Shown: positions 1-10,145 of the stretch, in pieces
Position numbering within the stretch: position 1 is the stretch's first letter
How the letters are laid out: the number at the start of each line of letters is the position of its first letter
Sequence record: MN871440.1
Length of the DNA stretch: 64,000 bases
Direction: 5' to 3' (one strand)
The notes under the pieces: generated by a model
What the model was told of the DNA's origin: nothing
The model's input: only the letters and a program-made list of their open reading frames with translations
The model's database searches: none
Made by a program: the position numbers and the translations under genes

Positions 1-463
1 GCTCAACCCATGTAACTTCAAACAAGCTGTTATTCAGTGGGAAATAAATCAAGTCACCTTCTTTAGCTCGCTGTCCATCTGTTTGATGCTCAAACAACAT
101 AGGGCTAACTGTAAAGCTAACCTCATCATTTACTTGCATACCAAACTTGGAAAAGAAATCTCGCTGCCCACTATATTCATCGAAACTTTCGAGATACATA
201 GCAACTTTATAAGCTTTCTTAAATTTGGACTGCATATCTTCGCCAAATATTCGATCAAAGTTCACAAATTCACGACGAATATAATAAACCTCAACTCCAT
301 TCATTTGTACCGATTCTGCCACCAACATTTCTTGCAATGATAAAGTCGGACCATATTCATGCTTATTCACATAAGGGTTAAGCACACTGTCTTGATAAGT
401 CTTATTGTACCCAGCTCCCGTTTCGAGCTGGGCGAACATGCTTTTATTTCTAGCGAACATCAT
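1..463 (-). CDS. 14: neck protein gp14, 5' part (runs off the window; not in the ORF track)
   Basis: Manual translation MMFARNKSMFAQLETGAGYNKT...LNPYVN...LVAESVQMNGVEVYYIRREFV...FGED...KFG...EGDLIYFP resembles T4 gp14; ATGA overlap with the upstream endonuclease stop. Confidence 0.9.
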   Translation of the reverse strand, partial: MMFARNKSMFAQLETGAGYNKTYQDSVLNPYVNKHEYGPTLSLQEMLVAESVQMNGVEVYYIRREFVNFDRIFGEDMQSKFKKAYKVAMYLESFDEYSGQRDFFSKFGMQVNDEVSFTVSPMLFEHQTDGQRAKEGDLIYFPLNNSLFEVTWVE

Positions 464-1143
464 AACTCTCCGTTTCGTTTGTGTTTGTTGATATGTTGAG
501 TATATTTTCCTTGACTCTTTATCATTTTTCCACAAACGGGACACTCTAATACTGGCCAATTTGTAGCAATTTCAGATCTCTTTTGTTTATATTCTGGCGT
601 CTGCTTTACTGCCACGACGTTCTCTATCCAACTATCTGGGAATTTTCTGTTCTTCAACCCAGCGTCGTATCTAGCTCTCTTTTCTGGATCGGAAAATTGT
701 AGTTTTGTCATTTTCGATAGATGCGCTCTTTGTTCATCATTTGAAAATCTTCTTTTTGCTCCATCCGATACTTTCTTTCTAAATTCTTCCGAAGTATTAG
801 TCAATATACAAGCCTGTTTATGTTTTTCTCTTATCTTCAAAGAGGTCTGCCCGGACCACATATCACCACCCTTTCCTCCAACGGCGATATTATAAGTATC
901 TTCTCTTAGAACGAACTTCAAGTTAACATATTCTCGTTCTGCACACTCCAGATCATTTCGTGTGTCATATGTCGCAATAACACGCTTCTCAAAGTTTTCT
1001 ATGCCATATTTTGAAATAGCATATTTTATTCTGACACCACTACCCATATACGGGTCATTTTCTATTGGGCACTTGCAAGTGCGAATGCCCACATAGATCA
1101 TGTTGTTTATTACGTTTTTTATTTCATACAAATAATGATTCAT
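460..1143 (-). mobile_element. free-standing Seg-like GIY-YIG homing endonuclease
   Basis: YLYEIKN...IYVG, YMGSG, YNIAVGG motifs; C-terminal CPVC...H...H zinc finger; lies between genes 13 and 14. Confidence 0.85.
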
Positions 1144-1147
1144 TTGA

Positions 1148-2071
1148 TTAACCCATATATACGCCAAGTGGCTCTTCCAAAAGCATAAGCTCCTGTCTCA
1201 ATACTTCTTTTTCTTGTCTTGCTTCTTCGATCAGTCTGGTGCCATCAACAGTAACACCACCCGGCAATTGCATCCCTTGATGTTTAGCTAAGATCTCACC
1301 CCAAATCTCTTTTGTGAGTGTTGTAGAGTAGTCTTTAACCCAGCGCACATTATAGCACCCCTGATCTGGGAACTCGCTCCTAGCCTGCCCTGCGACGTTT
1401 GCCGGCATTCTAGCGTATGGGTTAAGCCATTTGTCTTTATCGTTCGCAGTTGTTGAACCGCCAGCGACGATTCCAGCACCCGCAATACCACGAACAGAAC
1501 GTTCAATCTCGACAAAGTTCTGAACATGAACTTCCATGATGATTAAATCGTTCTCCATGAAATTCTTACCAGTGATCTGAACAATCCCATTAACTGGGTC
1601 TAGCCAATAGTCAGGCAGCGGGTCAAGCTGGTCCATCATCAAGTTTTGATAACTTTGAAACTGTGCAAAGAACCCAATATTACCAAGAGCCCCGAATGGG
1701 CCATGATAACTAATCCCTTGTGGTCCACCGCCTAAGGTAGTTAGAAAGTCGGTGAAAAAGTTCAAAGTTGCGCCACCACCGAGTCCACCCCAAAGCATAG
1801 ACTTTTGACGAATAATCTTGGTAATAGCGAAAATAGGATAAGCAGATACATCAATATATCCAGTTGCTGCTTGTTCTGCTGTTAGTTTAACCGTGATGTA
1901 AGCTTTATTCAAGCCATCATAGTGATATTCTTTATATAGTTCAAGTGCGCGACCGATGCAATCATAAATCTGATCCTCGGTTACTTCAACTTGAATAACA
2001 GGCGCACCAAGACGACGCAGAATAAGATCTTTCAACTCTCTTGGATTTCTAACAAAGTTATTTGACATCAT
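1148..2071 (-). CDS. 13: neck protein gp13
   Basis: NPRELKDLILRRLGAPVIQVEVTEDQIYDCI; WVKDYSTTLTKEIWGEILAKHQGMQLPGGVTVDG. Confidence 0.95.
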   Translation of the reverse strand: MMSNNFVRNPRELKDLILRRLGAPVIQVEVTEDQIYDCIGRALELYKEYHYDGLNKAYITVKLTAEQAATGYIDVSAYPIFAITKIIRQKSMLWGGLGGGATLNFFTDFLTTLGGGPQGISYHGPFGALGNIGFFAQFQSYQNLMMDQLDPLPDYWLDPVNGIVQITGKNFMENDLIIMEVHVQNFVEIERSVRGIAGAGIVAGGSTTANDKDKWLNPYARMPANVAGQARSEFPDQGCYNVRWVKDYSTTLTKEIWGEILAKHQGMQLPGGVTVDGTRLIEEARQEKEVLRQELMLLEEPLGVYMG

Positions 2072-2085
2072 CTTGGTGTCTCTCC

Positions 2086-2283
2086 TTACTCTTTACCGGG
2101 GTGTGAAATTGGTGCAGCAAAAGGATCTTTTGCGACGTCAACACGTTTCTCGATTGCATCAACGTCCTCTGAACCGAAGTTGTTGTCAATACGTTTTTCA
2201 AGAATTTTCACCAACTGTTTCAACATTTGCATCAAAACTTCGGTCCCGATTCTTTTAAGCATGAACAAAATAATTGCTTGCAT
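2086..2283 (-). CDS. small hypothetical protein (65 aa)
   Basis: ORF with AGGA RBS in the late operon. Confidence 0.6.
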   Translation of the reverse strand: MQAIILFMLKRIGTEVLMQMLKQLVKILEKRIDNNFGSEDVDAIEKRVDVAKDPFAAPISHPGKE

Positions 2284-2293
2284 TTTTAAATCC

Positions 2294-2443
2294 TTATGGT
2301 TTGATTTTTATATCCGTGTTAGCGGAGCTAACCGGCTGATACTTCCCATTTATCTTGATATAAGCTATTCCTTGCTTATAAGCCCCATTTACTTTAAGAC
2401 GAACCTCGCAAGGTGTCTGTTTGTTATTTATCTTGATGAACAA
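2294..2443 (-). CDS. 49-aa protein of three (Y/F)IK(I/V)NG-type beta-hairpin repeats (not in the ORF track)
   Basis: TTG start after GGAGG; MFIKINNKQTPCEVRLKVNGAYKQGIAYIKINGKYQPV... Confidence 0.55.
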   Translation of the reverse strand: MFIKINNKQTPCEVRLKVNGAYKQGIAYIKINGKYQPVSSANTDIKIKP

Positions 2444-2482
2444 GTTTGTCGCCCTCCAAATCGGCGGGTTTCCCCGCCGTTA

Positions 2483-3088
2483 TTAATATTTGATGTAAAG
2501 ATGTCCGTCCGGATATCCGTCGTCGTCATTTGGTTCTGTAGTACCTGATGTATAAACAGAATCTATGTGCAACTCGAAATAATCTTTAAAAACACCGGTA
2601 TCAATCAAACGATAGTCTGACCAGTCACCTTTTCCAGGCAGAGATTCACGACGAACACTAATTTCATGATTGGACCCTTGTGTGAATACCAAAGATGATT
2701 TTTCGTCACCAAGCATTACTCTATTATCGCTTCCGATAGAAATTAGTTTCTTTCTTTGTCCCTCAGTTGACATCCCATAATAGCCGGTGTCATTAGGCAC
2801 AGTAATGTTTTTCACTACCATACCAGAAACATCGGCTTGAATAATAGGCATATCAGATTTTGGTCACAAAAAGAATGATTTTCCATCTGGTGCGATCTCA
2901 AGAACGTTATCAAGATGATCGTTATTCTCTGCATGAACAGTATAACCCTTTGGTATGACGAACTTATTATTTGAGTCGGCAAACAACAGCACAGCTTTTC
3001 TATTTTCGCCGTTTTGTATCACTTAGCCGAACTCATTTCCGGTAAATTCGTCTGTCTTCGGCAGATCAGATATTTTTATTGTAGGCAT
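2483..3088 (-). pseudogene. fibre/collar-like gene interrupted by two in-frame stops
   Basis: AGGAGG RBS, then MPTIKISDLP...; TAA at 3025-3023 and TGA at 2866-2864 in one frame that continues into ORF 2483..2851. Confidence 0.7.
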
Positions 3089-3097
3089 ACAGCCTCC

Positions 3098-4702
3098 TTA
3101 GGGGCTTTGAGTTTCGATTAGTTTTTCGTCCTCTGTACCCAACTGATTTCCTTTCTCCGTTTGTAGTAGCTTTTTAGGAGTAGGGAATGCGGAGATTTTT
3201 GTTTTTATTGTACTAACTGAACCAAATCGATTTTTATAAACTGCATTGTATACGAGACTATAATCGTATGTGTCATTGACTGCTACAACGATATTATTCG
3301 TATTCGAGTTCTCGATAGGCCCATATTGAGTTCTCCACTCTATCGCGTCGTAACCACTACCAGCGGATGTTAGTTCAACCTGCATATCGGCACCGCCGGT
3401 ATATTCTTGTGCTGGCTGAGTTGTAATCTTCGGCAATAGCGCGCCGAGCCATTCGTATTTCGTATCGTCAGACCCGAAATCAACCGTCAACGCATCTGGT
3501 GAAGGAGTTTCGCTAGAAATATTTCCAGTCCCTTCCTCGATATTGAAAATGTGATTTCTGTTGTTGACGAACACCCCGAACTGCTCAACAATGACTCCTT
3601 TAACAGGATACTGCTTACTACCGAACACGAAATTAGTAGCAGCAGCAACAGAAGTTGTATCACTTATCTTTGCAATCAATTCTCCGTTTGCATGAAGTCT
3701 GACGTTCTTGATATAAGAACCAGAAACATCATACCAAATACCAGCACCAAAAACTTGATTGATCGGAATTGTTTTTAAAATCGGTGTCTCATGAGTAATG
3801 ACGTTTTCTGCCATCACAAACAGAGTGTTTTTCTTGATGTCAACGCCGATACCAGATGTAGAGATATCATTGTTGTAACCAATAATCATAACTCGATCTG
3901 ATACCGTATCCATTAGCTGAATACTCGATTCGATATGATTTGTACCGGCAATTGGTGGCAAAGTCTTATTCAGTTTCATATAGGAATCTTTCAAGATGAT
4001 CGCGTTATAGTTAGCATCGACCGGAGTTGGCTGATAAGCAAGCATTACACCAGACTTAGTTACCATAGGCTGACTAACTTGAATCTCACCGCTATCATTA
4101 TAATCAACGCCGACACCAATATTAAACTGCACCAAACAATCTTTCAATGCTTTGAATGTGCTCTGTACTCTGGTATTTGCGACCAACTCAGGGACAGTCG
4201 GAAACGCTTTTGTGACTTGAATATAATCCGATTGCTTATTAGAAGGAACATCATCAACGTAAATGTCAAATGACTTTCTACCAACTTGTAGATTAATAGA
4301 ATGAACCCATGCACTTGCGTTGTATGTCTCGCCAGCTTTCAGATAAATTCTGGTTTGAAAGAACATACGACTATTTGAGGCTTTGAATGTATACGCTCTG
4401 CTATATTCATCTTCTCTATTTGAATAATAAGCATAAGCGTTTCCACCAACTTGAGAAGCGTTAGAATAAGCACTCCAACCCGGCGGGGTAAATCCAATGA
4501 CTCTGCCATCGGCGTATGTGAAATAATCGGTTCCGTTCAAGAATCGACTATTGATAAGAAGGTTTTCGTCTTTCGGGTCATATGTTCGACGCCACGCACC
4601 TTGAGAATAAACCCAAGCTATCGCGCTTCTCCAATACCCGTTGTAAAGTTTGGGGGCTGCATAGTGCAGCTCCCCATTTTGATCAGCAACTCTAATTGGC
4701 AT
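3098..4702 (-). CDS. putative neck/whisker-associated fibre with carbohydrate-binding-like and Ig-like domains
   Basis: Directly downstream of wac; beta-rich; NLLINSRF CBM-like start; PKITTQP Ig-like C-terminal domain; LLQTEKG...LGTED tail. Confidence 0.55.
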   Translation of the reverse strand: MPIRVADQNGELHYAAPKLYNGYWRSAIAWVYSQGAWRRTYDPKDENLLINSRFLNGTDYFTYADGRVIGFTPPGWSAYSNASQVGGNAYAYYSNREDEYSRAYTFKASNSRMFFQTRIYLKAGETYNASAWVHSINLQVGRKSFDIYVDDVPSNKQSDYIQVTKAFPTVPELVANTRVQSTFKALKDCLVQFNIGVGVDYNDSGEIQVSQPMVTKSGVMLAYQPTPVDANYNAIILKDSYMKLNKTLPPIAGTNHIESSIQLMDTVSDRVMIIGYNNDISTSGIGVDIKKNTLFVMAENVITHETPILKTIPINQVFGAGIWYDVSGSYIKNVRLHANGELIAKISDTTSVAAATNFVFGSKQYPVKGVIVEQFGVFVNNRNHIFNIEEGTGNISSETPSPDALTVDFGSDDTKYEWLGALLPKITTQPAQEYTGGADMQVELTSAGSGYDAIEWRTQYGPIENSNTNNIVVAVNDTYDYSLVYNAVYKNRFGSVSTIKTKISAFPTPKKLLQTEKGNQLGTEDEKLIETQSP

Positions 4703-4711
4703 GTTTGTTCC

Positions 4712-7700
4712 TTAGTTTACAAACTCAAAGAATACATCACCTTCAATCGGGTTAGCTGGAGCATTAGTAGCAAAGTCACCATAGTAATAACTCTGTACCC
4801 AAGCGCCATTTCTACGTGAGTATCTTGTTCCATTCTCAGGAACATCAAACGCAGAAGTAACAACTTTGTTCCCGTTAACATATGCATCGACGCAGTTAAT
4901 ACGAACTTCGGTTGTTGCATCACCCAAAACAACATGACTGTTACCAGCGACGTTATCTTTGATTGCAATGACGTTTACTTCGGCACCTTTCAACATACCA
5001 GTAATCGCGGTTTGTCCGTTCTGAACTGGTTGTGCCAGTTTAAAATCAAGAACCTTACCTTCAATTTTGGTGTATTGATTTGATTGTCCGACATGAACAA
5101 TATAATCGACGCCTACTAACTCAGCACTACCAACGTTGATGTCATTGGATTTAAATGCCTTTTTAGTATTTACGTCGCTATCTGGGTCCACGCCATTAAA
5201 CACTTTCTGCCAGTTCCCTTGACGTCTTGCGTAATATTCGCCGTCGCTCGGGGCATCAATACCGTCGTGCCATACTCGATAAGACTTCGCGTTGAAACCA
5301 ACGAATGGCTGACGTTCAAAATAAACGGCAGTGTTTTCGTCACCAAGAACAATATCATTTTCGAAGTCAACTTTAACGATTGTTCTAGCTTCGTCCGATG
5401 TGGTCAGACCAACCAACGCTTGCTCGTTTCCGAGTGTCATTGTCTGCAAACGACCTTTAAAGATGATAGGAGATTTGCTGTTGTCGTAACCAATTGCGAT
5501 AGCACCAGTTGACATAGGATTCAATGCATAAACCAGACCGTGATCTGTTGTATTGAACTTGATACCCATGTTTGAACTCATTGCGATATCTTTCGATCCC
5601 AATGCTTCCCAAGTAGCGTTGCCGTTGGTTGATACACGAACATGAGGAAGTCCATTGTTAGGTGCATCATCTGCTAAACCACCACCCGAATCACCGACGT
5701 TGAACGCAGTCCAAACACCATTCTTACGCGCATACATAGCATCGTCTTTTGGTGCATCCAGACCATCGTGCCACACGGTATATAGTGTGTTTGATGTCCC
5801 GCTAACAACTTTAATTGATTTCAGATCATCGCCGTTTGTTCTCAGTGCGGTTCTGGTTTTGGTATCACCAACCTCGACATAATCGTTAGCTGAATAACGA
5901 GTCGCACCGATTTGATTTACGAGAATATTACCGAAAGTATAACCGGTATATTTCGCATCGATAGCAAGACGAATCTTATTAACTTCGCCGTCGATTGATG
6001 TAACCGCGCCGTCTTGTGAGATTCGAACGGTCTTATCAATGAAAGAAGAACCAATGATGTTGATATCACCTACAGCGGTTTCTCCCATGATTTTCTTATC
6101 ACGATTCAATCTGAAACCAACGCGAGGATCGATATCAGAAACGAAATCTTTGATATTCAGAGAGTGAACAACTGTACCAGTTTTTCCGGCGTAATCAACT
6201 GTCAATGATGCGGCATCATCGATAAGGAATTTAACAGGAACACCTTTACCAAATGTATCCTGAGCGTCACCGAACTTAGCTACCGTTTTTGTTCCGTATT
6301 TCAGTCCAGCAACGTCAATTTCATTATTGACTTTGCCGCGAATCTCTACGTCGGTATTTTCTTGACCAAGAACAGTAACTGGCGGTTTATCCAAACGAAG
6401 ACTGAATGAAACTGCGCGTTGACCGTCAAAACTACGAAGTCCTCTGTTTGACCCGATTACCAAGTCATCAGAGAATACGTTTTTCCAGATCCATTTATTA
6501 TCAACATAGCGACGAACGAATGCGGCATCGACGTTTTGATCGTCTGTATCAAGAATAAATCCACTACCGGTTTTAAACGGGATATACATTTCTTCATACA
6601 TCGATTTGTTAGTTGATTTAATGCCAAGTTTTGTAACTGCTGGATCAGCTTCGACGTTTGTTCCATATACATCTGGTTTCAACTTTGCGGCATCTTCTTG
6701 TAAATCTCGAACTGTCGGAGTTGTTTCCAAGTTCAGCGTATCAGTAACAGTTTTAACCAAACCTTCTAGACGAGTTGTGTTGTTTGTCTCACGTAGATCA
6801 AGAGCTTTGATATCACCGCGCATACCGTCAGTCGGTTGAAGTCCAACAATTGTTTCCATGTTATCCAGACGAGAGTCAAGAGTAACACCGTCGTCTTTCA
6901 ATTTCTTGATATCGGCTTTATTTGCTGTTACGTCATTAACAGTTTGATTCAGAATGTTCTGATTGGCACCGACATCACCACGAACAACTTTGGTATATTC
7001 CCAGATGTTATTAACAGTCACTTCGGTACCGCTCTGAGTAACATATTTGATTGGGAAATCAATTTTGCCAGTAGCAATATCCAGATCGCCAAGATGTTTA
7101 TTTGCACCGCCAACATGATCTTCGGCAGTCTTCACTCTTTGATAAATTGTCTTATCGGTTTTTTCTGCGCTTGGACCAATTTCAGCTCGCAGATCTCTTG
7201 TGTTACGAATAAGAATATCTGGAGTATCCCCTTGCCAATATTGCTCAAGACTTGACAAACGATTTTCGTGTTTTACTACGTTTTCCCAGTTGCGCTCAAC
7301 TTGTCCTTTTACACCAAGACCTGGTGCATTTACATCTGGATCTCCGTCTTGATTAAACCCTTTGTAGTTACCAAGCATTTTCTTGATATTAACGATCTGT
7401 GGATCGACAGTTTCAGTAATACGCTTGTTGATTGCTTCGTGACCGGCAACATGAGTAATTTCGTCTTGCTCGATCTTTGTCAATCGATCTTGTTGAGTCT
7501 TATTGATGTTTTCAACGGCGGTAACGCGATCATATAGATTGGTACCATCGCCTTGTGCATTGATAATGCGATCATGAGCTTCAACCAAATCAATGGTTTT
7601 TCCCAGAGAGTCTTTTGATTTATTCAACTCAACGTTAATTTTTTCGACGTTTTTTTGTACCTTAACCGAAGCTCGGTTAAGGGCGCCACCATTGTCGGTG

Positions 7701-7819
7701 GCACTAACAGCACCGTCGGTATATTCACCGTTTTGAATCCAGTCGATTCTTGTTTGTCCAACGGCGGGAACACCGTCAACATACGGTAAAACTGACTGAG
7801 TAGGTTTTTCGATAGCCAT
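4712..7819 (-). CDS. wac: extended fibritin (whisker), 1035 aa
   Basis: N-terminus LPYVDGVPAVGQTRIDWIQNGE matches T4 Wac; heptad coiled coil; several foldon-like DAPxDGxxYxRxxGxW motifs. Confidence 0.9.
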   Translation of the reverse strand: MAIEKPTQSVLPYVDGVPAVGQTRIDWIQNGEYTDGAVSATDNGGALNRASVKVQKNVEKINVELNKSKDSLGKTIDLVEAHDRIINAQGDGTNLYDRVTAVENINKTQQDRLTKIEQDEITHVAGHEAINKRITETVDPQIVNIKKMLGNYKGFNQDGDPDVNAPGLGVKGQVERNWENVVKHENRLSSLEQYWQGDTPDILIRNTRDLRAEIGPSAEKTDKTIYQRVKTAEDHVGGANKHLGDLDIATGKIDFPIKYVTQSGTEVTVNNIWEYTKVVRGDVGANQNILNQTVNDVTANKADIKKLKDDGVTLDSRLDNMETIVGLQPTDGMRGDIKALDLRETNNTTRLEGLVKTVTDTLNLETTPTVRDLQEDAAKLKPDVYGTNVEADPAVTKLGIKSTNKSMYEEMYIPFKTGSGFILDTDDQNVDAAFVRRYVDNKWIWKNVFSDDLVIGSNRGLRSFDGQRAVSFSLRLDKPPVTVLGQENTDVEIRGKVNNEIDVAGLKYGTKTVAKFGDAQDTFGKGVPVKFLIDDAASLTVDYAGKTGTVVHSLNIKDFVSDIDPRVGFRLNRDKKIMGETAVGDINIIGSSFIDKTVRISQDGAVTSIDGEVNKIRLAIDAKYTGYTFGNILVNQIGATRYSANDYVEVGDTKTRTALRTNGDDLKSIKVVSGTSNTLYTVWHDGLDAPKDDAMYARKNGVWTAFNVGDSGGGLADDAPNNGLPHVRVSTNGNATWEALGSKDIAMSSNMGIKFNTTDHGLVYALNPMSTGAIAIGYDNSKSPIIFKGRLQTMTLGNEQALVGLTTSDEARTIVKVDFENDIVLGDENTAVYFERQPFVGFNAKSYRVWHDGIDAPSDGEYYARRQGNWQKVFNGVDPDSDVNTKKAFKSNDINVGSAELVGVDYIVHVGQSNQYTKIEGKVLDFKLAQPVQNGQTAITGMLKGAEVNVIAIKDNVAGNSHVVLGDATTEVRINCVDAYVNGNKVVTSAFDVPENGTRYSRRNGAWVQSYYYGDFATNAPANPIEGDVFFEFVN

Positions 7820-7861
7820 TATTCACCCTTAAAGTTATTTGCTAATACTGTTATTTAGTAA

Positions 7862-9172
7862 TTAGCTGAAATATTTATTCACCCCGAATATGTTCCACAA
7901 ATAGCAGTTTTCTGTTGTTACATAGAAGGTTTTACCATCGCCACCAAACTTACCGTACCAATAATAAGCCTCGTTTGCTACCAAATCCCAGTTTGGATAT
8001 GCGGCTTGCATACGCTCAATTTGATAACGACTGATTTCGCGAGTAAAGAAAACGTGTCCTCCGTCGCGAGAGCCTTCGATAACGAGTGCGTCAAAATTCC
8101 ACCACGGCTGATTGATTGCAAAGTTACCTCTATCGAGTGGCCCTGCCCATAAATGCGTCCAAGTCTCTCTAGGAGTTCCATGTTCGTGCCCATTTGGTGA
8201 TCTTGAGTTGATTAACCCGTCAACATAATCCTTTCTGGTTAGAGAATCACCACGACCATTTTGTCCATTTGCGGTATAGATATTTCTAACAACAAGATCG
8301 CCGGCCATTGTGTCGCCATTTCTGTTAATAAACAGAGTTGCGCCATGTGCGCTCAGTGCTTTATTTGTTACACCCGATTGCGCGTTGTGCAATAGTGCTG
8401 TGATACCATATTGTGTGTCAGAAGCGATTGGGAGCGTCGCTGGCGCAAGAGCTACGTCGGTCGCAGTTCGAGCATTAGATTCAGCTTGTGTTGCCATTCT
8501 AACGGTACCAACGCGATTCTGTGCGGCTCTTGTCTCAATAAATCCTTTTGGAGTAACAGCATACCCATTGTGCAATGCGGCGTTGGTAATAAGAGCCGAC
8601 GAGTTTTTAACTGTTCCGGTAACACTCTCGGTAGCTCCAGAAACGCTAGTTACTGCGAATGTGTCAATTGCTGCTTTGACTTTAGCTGGTGTCATCGCTG
8701 TGGTGTCATCTACGCCTGCTTTGGCAGCGACCAAAGTAGAAAGACTAACAGACCCACGCTTAGACTCAGAGGACGTGGCCTTGTTGCGCACAACGTCCCA
8801 TAGAGTTGTTGTGTTAACAGTGACGTCAACCTTAGCAGCCGCTTCTTCTCGCTCTGCTACGGTATTATATCGAACAAGACCGTATATTGTATCGCTCGCA
8901 TTTGGACGAATCCATTTCTGATTCAAAGCAAATGGAGTAACGATTTTTGTTTTGTCATTTCCCAAAAGAACTTCATCGACGGTAGCCAATTCAGCAATAC
9001 CACTTGCGGTTTCTGTTGCATTTGGCAATGCTTTTGTGGCATGAGCGTCAATCTTTTCTCCGAGTTTTTGCAAATCGGTAATTGTGTTATCGAATGCGGC
9101 AGCTTTAGTGGGGTCGAATACAACCGACCCCGCTTTAGAGCTAATGTGTTGTGTGATATTATTAGTTCTCAC
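7862..9172 (-). CDS. 12: short tail fibre gp12
   Basis: TNNITQHISSKAGSVVFDP; repeated ATE...G/A..AT shaft motifs; position after gene 11. Confidence 0.9.
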   Translation of the reverse strand: MRTNNITQHISSKAGSVVFDPTKAAAFDNTITDLQKLGEKIDAHATKALPNATETASGIAELATVDEVLLGNDKTKIVTPFALNQKWIRPNASDTIYGLVRYNTVAEREEAAAKVDVTVNTTTLWDVVRNKATSSESKRGSVSLSTLVAAKAGVDDTTAMTPAKVKAAIDTFAVTSVSGATESVTGTVKNSSALITNAALHNGYAVTPKGFIETRAAQNRVGTVRMATQAESNARTATDVALAPATLPIASDTQYGITALLHNAQSGVTNKALSAHGATLFINRNGDTMAGDLVVRNIYTANGQNGRGDSLTRKDYVDGLINSRSPNGHEHGTPRETWTHLWAGPLDRGNFAINQPWWNFDALVIEGSRDGGHVFFTREISRYQIERMQAAYPNWDLVANEAYYWYGKFGGDGKTFYVTTENCYLWNIFGVNKYFS

Positions 9173-10143
9173 GAAATTCTCTCCCAGTAATACAGTTTAG
9201 AAACGGCGGCGTCTAAACCAGTGATATTTGTTTCTGCGAACTTCTGCCATTGTCCATATCCCTTTGATGCTGGCGACGCAACAAGACCGGTCATTGTAAT
9301 CCCGCATTGCGTCCACGCAGGAGGAACATGCGACTTGTGATCTCTATGTTCAAATGAAATAGAAGTCGCAGAAGCAGAAATAACGTTCTTAACATATAAA
9401 CCGGCATTCTCATAATCAGCAAGAATAGTCAAAACTCGATCTTTTACTTGAGCAGCAATTGATTTATCAGCGATTTTAATTCTACGACCAAAAGCACTAA
9501 TGATCGCATCTGTTCCACCGACAGGAGAAGCAACGATTCCGTCAAACTGCAATACTGTTTGCTGTGCTTTTCCGCTCGGATCGTTATTCTTTCTTTCGAT
9601 AATAACAGCGCCAATCGGCATAGTCATACCATCAGCAAGATCAACAATCGCAGATTGAACGTTCGGATGCGTAATATTATCTTCGGAGTCTTGCAATGTA
9701 GCAAGACCAATATTATCACTCAAGAAAGTGTTATCGAGTGACGGATGCATTTCAAACTCAGAATGACGACTCAATCTAGAACGAATCAGAACGGCATCAC
9801 TCGTTTTGGTTTTAGCAACATTTGTTCTTCCGTCAAACTTAATACCCTTTGCGATAGCAGAAATCATTTCTGTTTTCTTTGCGCCAAGCGCATTGTATTC
9901 TGTCAAAACACAACGAAAGTCGTTTGTTCCATATACGTTGGCCATAGACGGAATAACAATAACACTCATTAGAGTGGCACTGGGATGCTGAATAGCAGCC
10001 CAGTTTGATGTGCCGGGAGCAGTCCACTCCCAGCGATAAGTAACGTAACCATCATCGATATCTGTGTTTGCACCGATAGAAAATGTAAATCTTGAACCTT
10101 GTGCAAATGTAATCGAAGCGGGTTGTTGATAAATGTTGATCAT
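9169..10143 (-). CDS. 11: baseplate wedge pin gp11 with N-terminal Ig-like extension
   Basis: C-terminal gp11-like block (IRSRLSR..EF, HPNVQSAI, GYGQWQKF, YYWERIS); N-terminal QQPAS...YRWEW...FRCVL. Confidence 0.8.
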   Translation of the reverse strand: MINIYQQPASITFAQGSRFTFSIGANTDIDDGYVTYRWEWTAPGTSNWAAIQHPSATLMSVIVIPSMANVYGTNDFRCVLTEYNALGAKKTEMISAIAKGIKFDGRTNVAKTKTSDAVLIRSRLSRHSEFEMHPSLDNTFLSDNIGLATLQDSEDNITHPNVQSAIVDLADGMTMPIGAVIIERKNNDPSGKAQQTVLQFDGIVASPVGGTDAIISAFGRRIKIADKSIAAQVKDRVLTILADYENAGLYVKNVISASATSISFEHRDHKSHVPPAWTQCGITMTGLVASPASKGYGQWQKFAETNITGLDAAVSKLYYWERIS

Positions 10144-10145
10144 TT

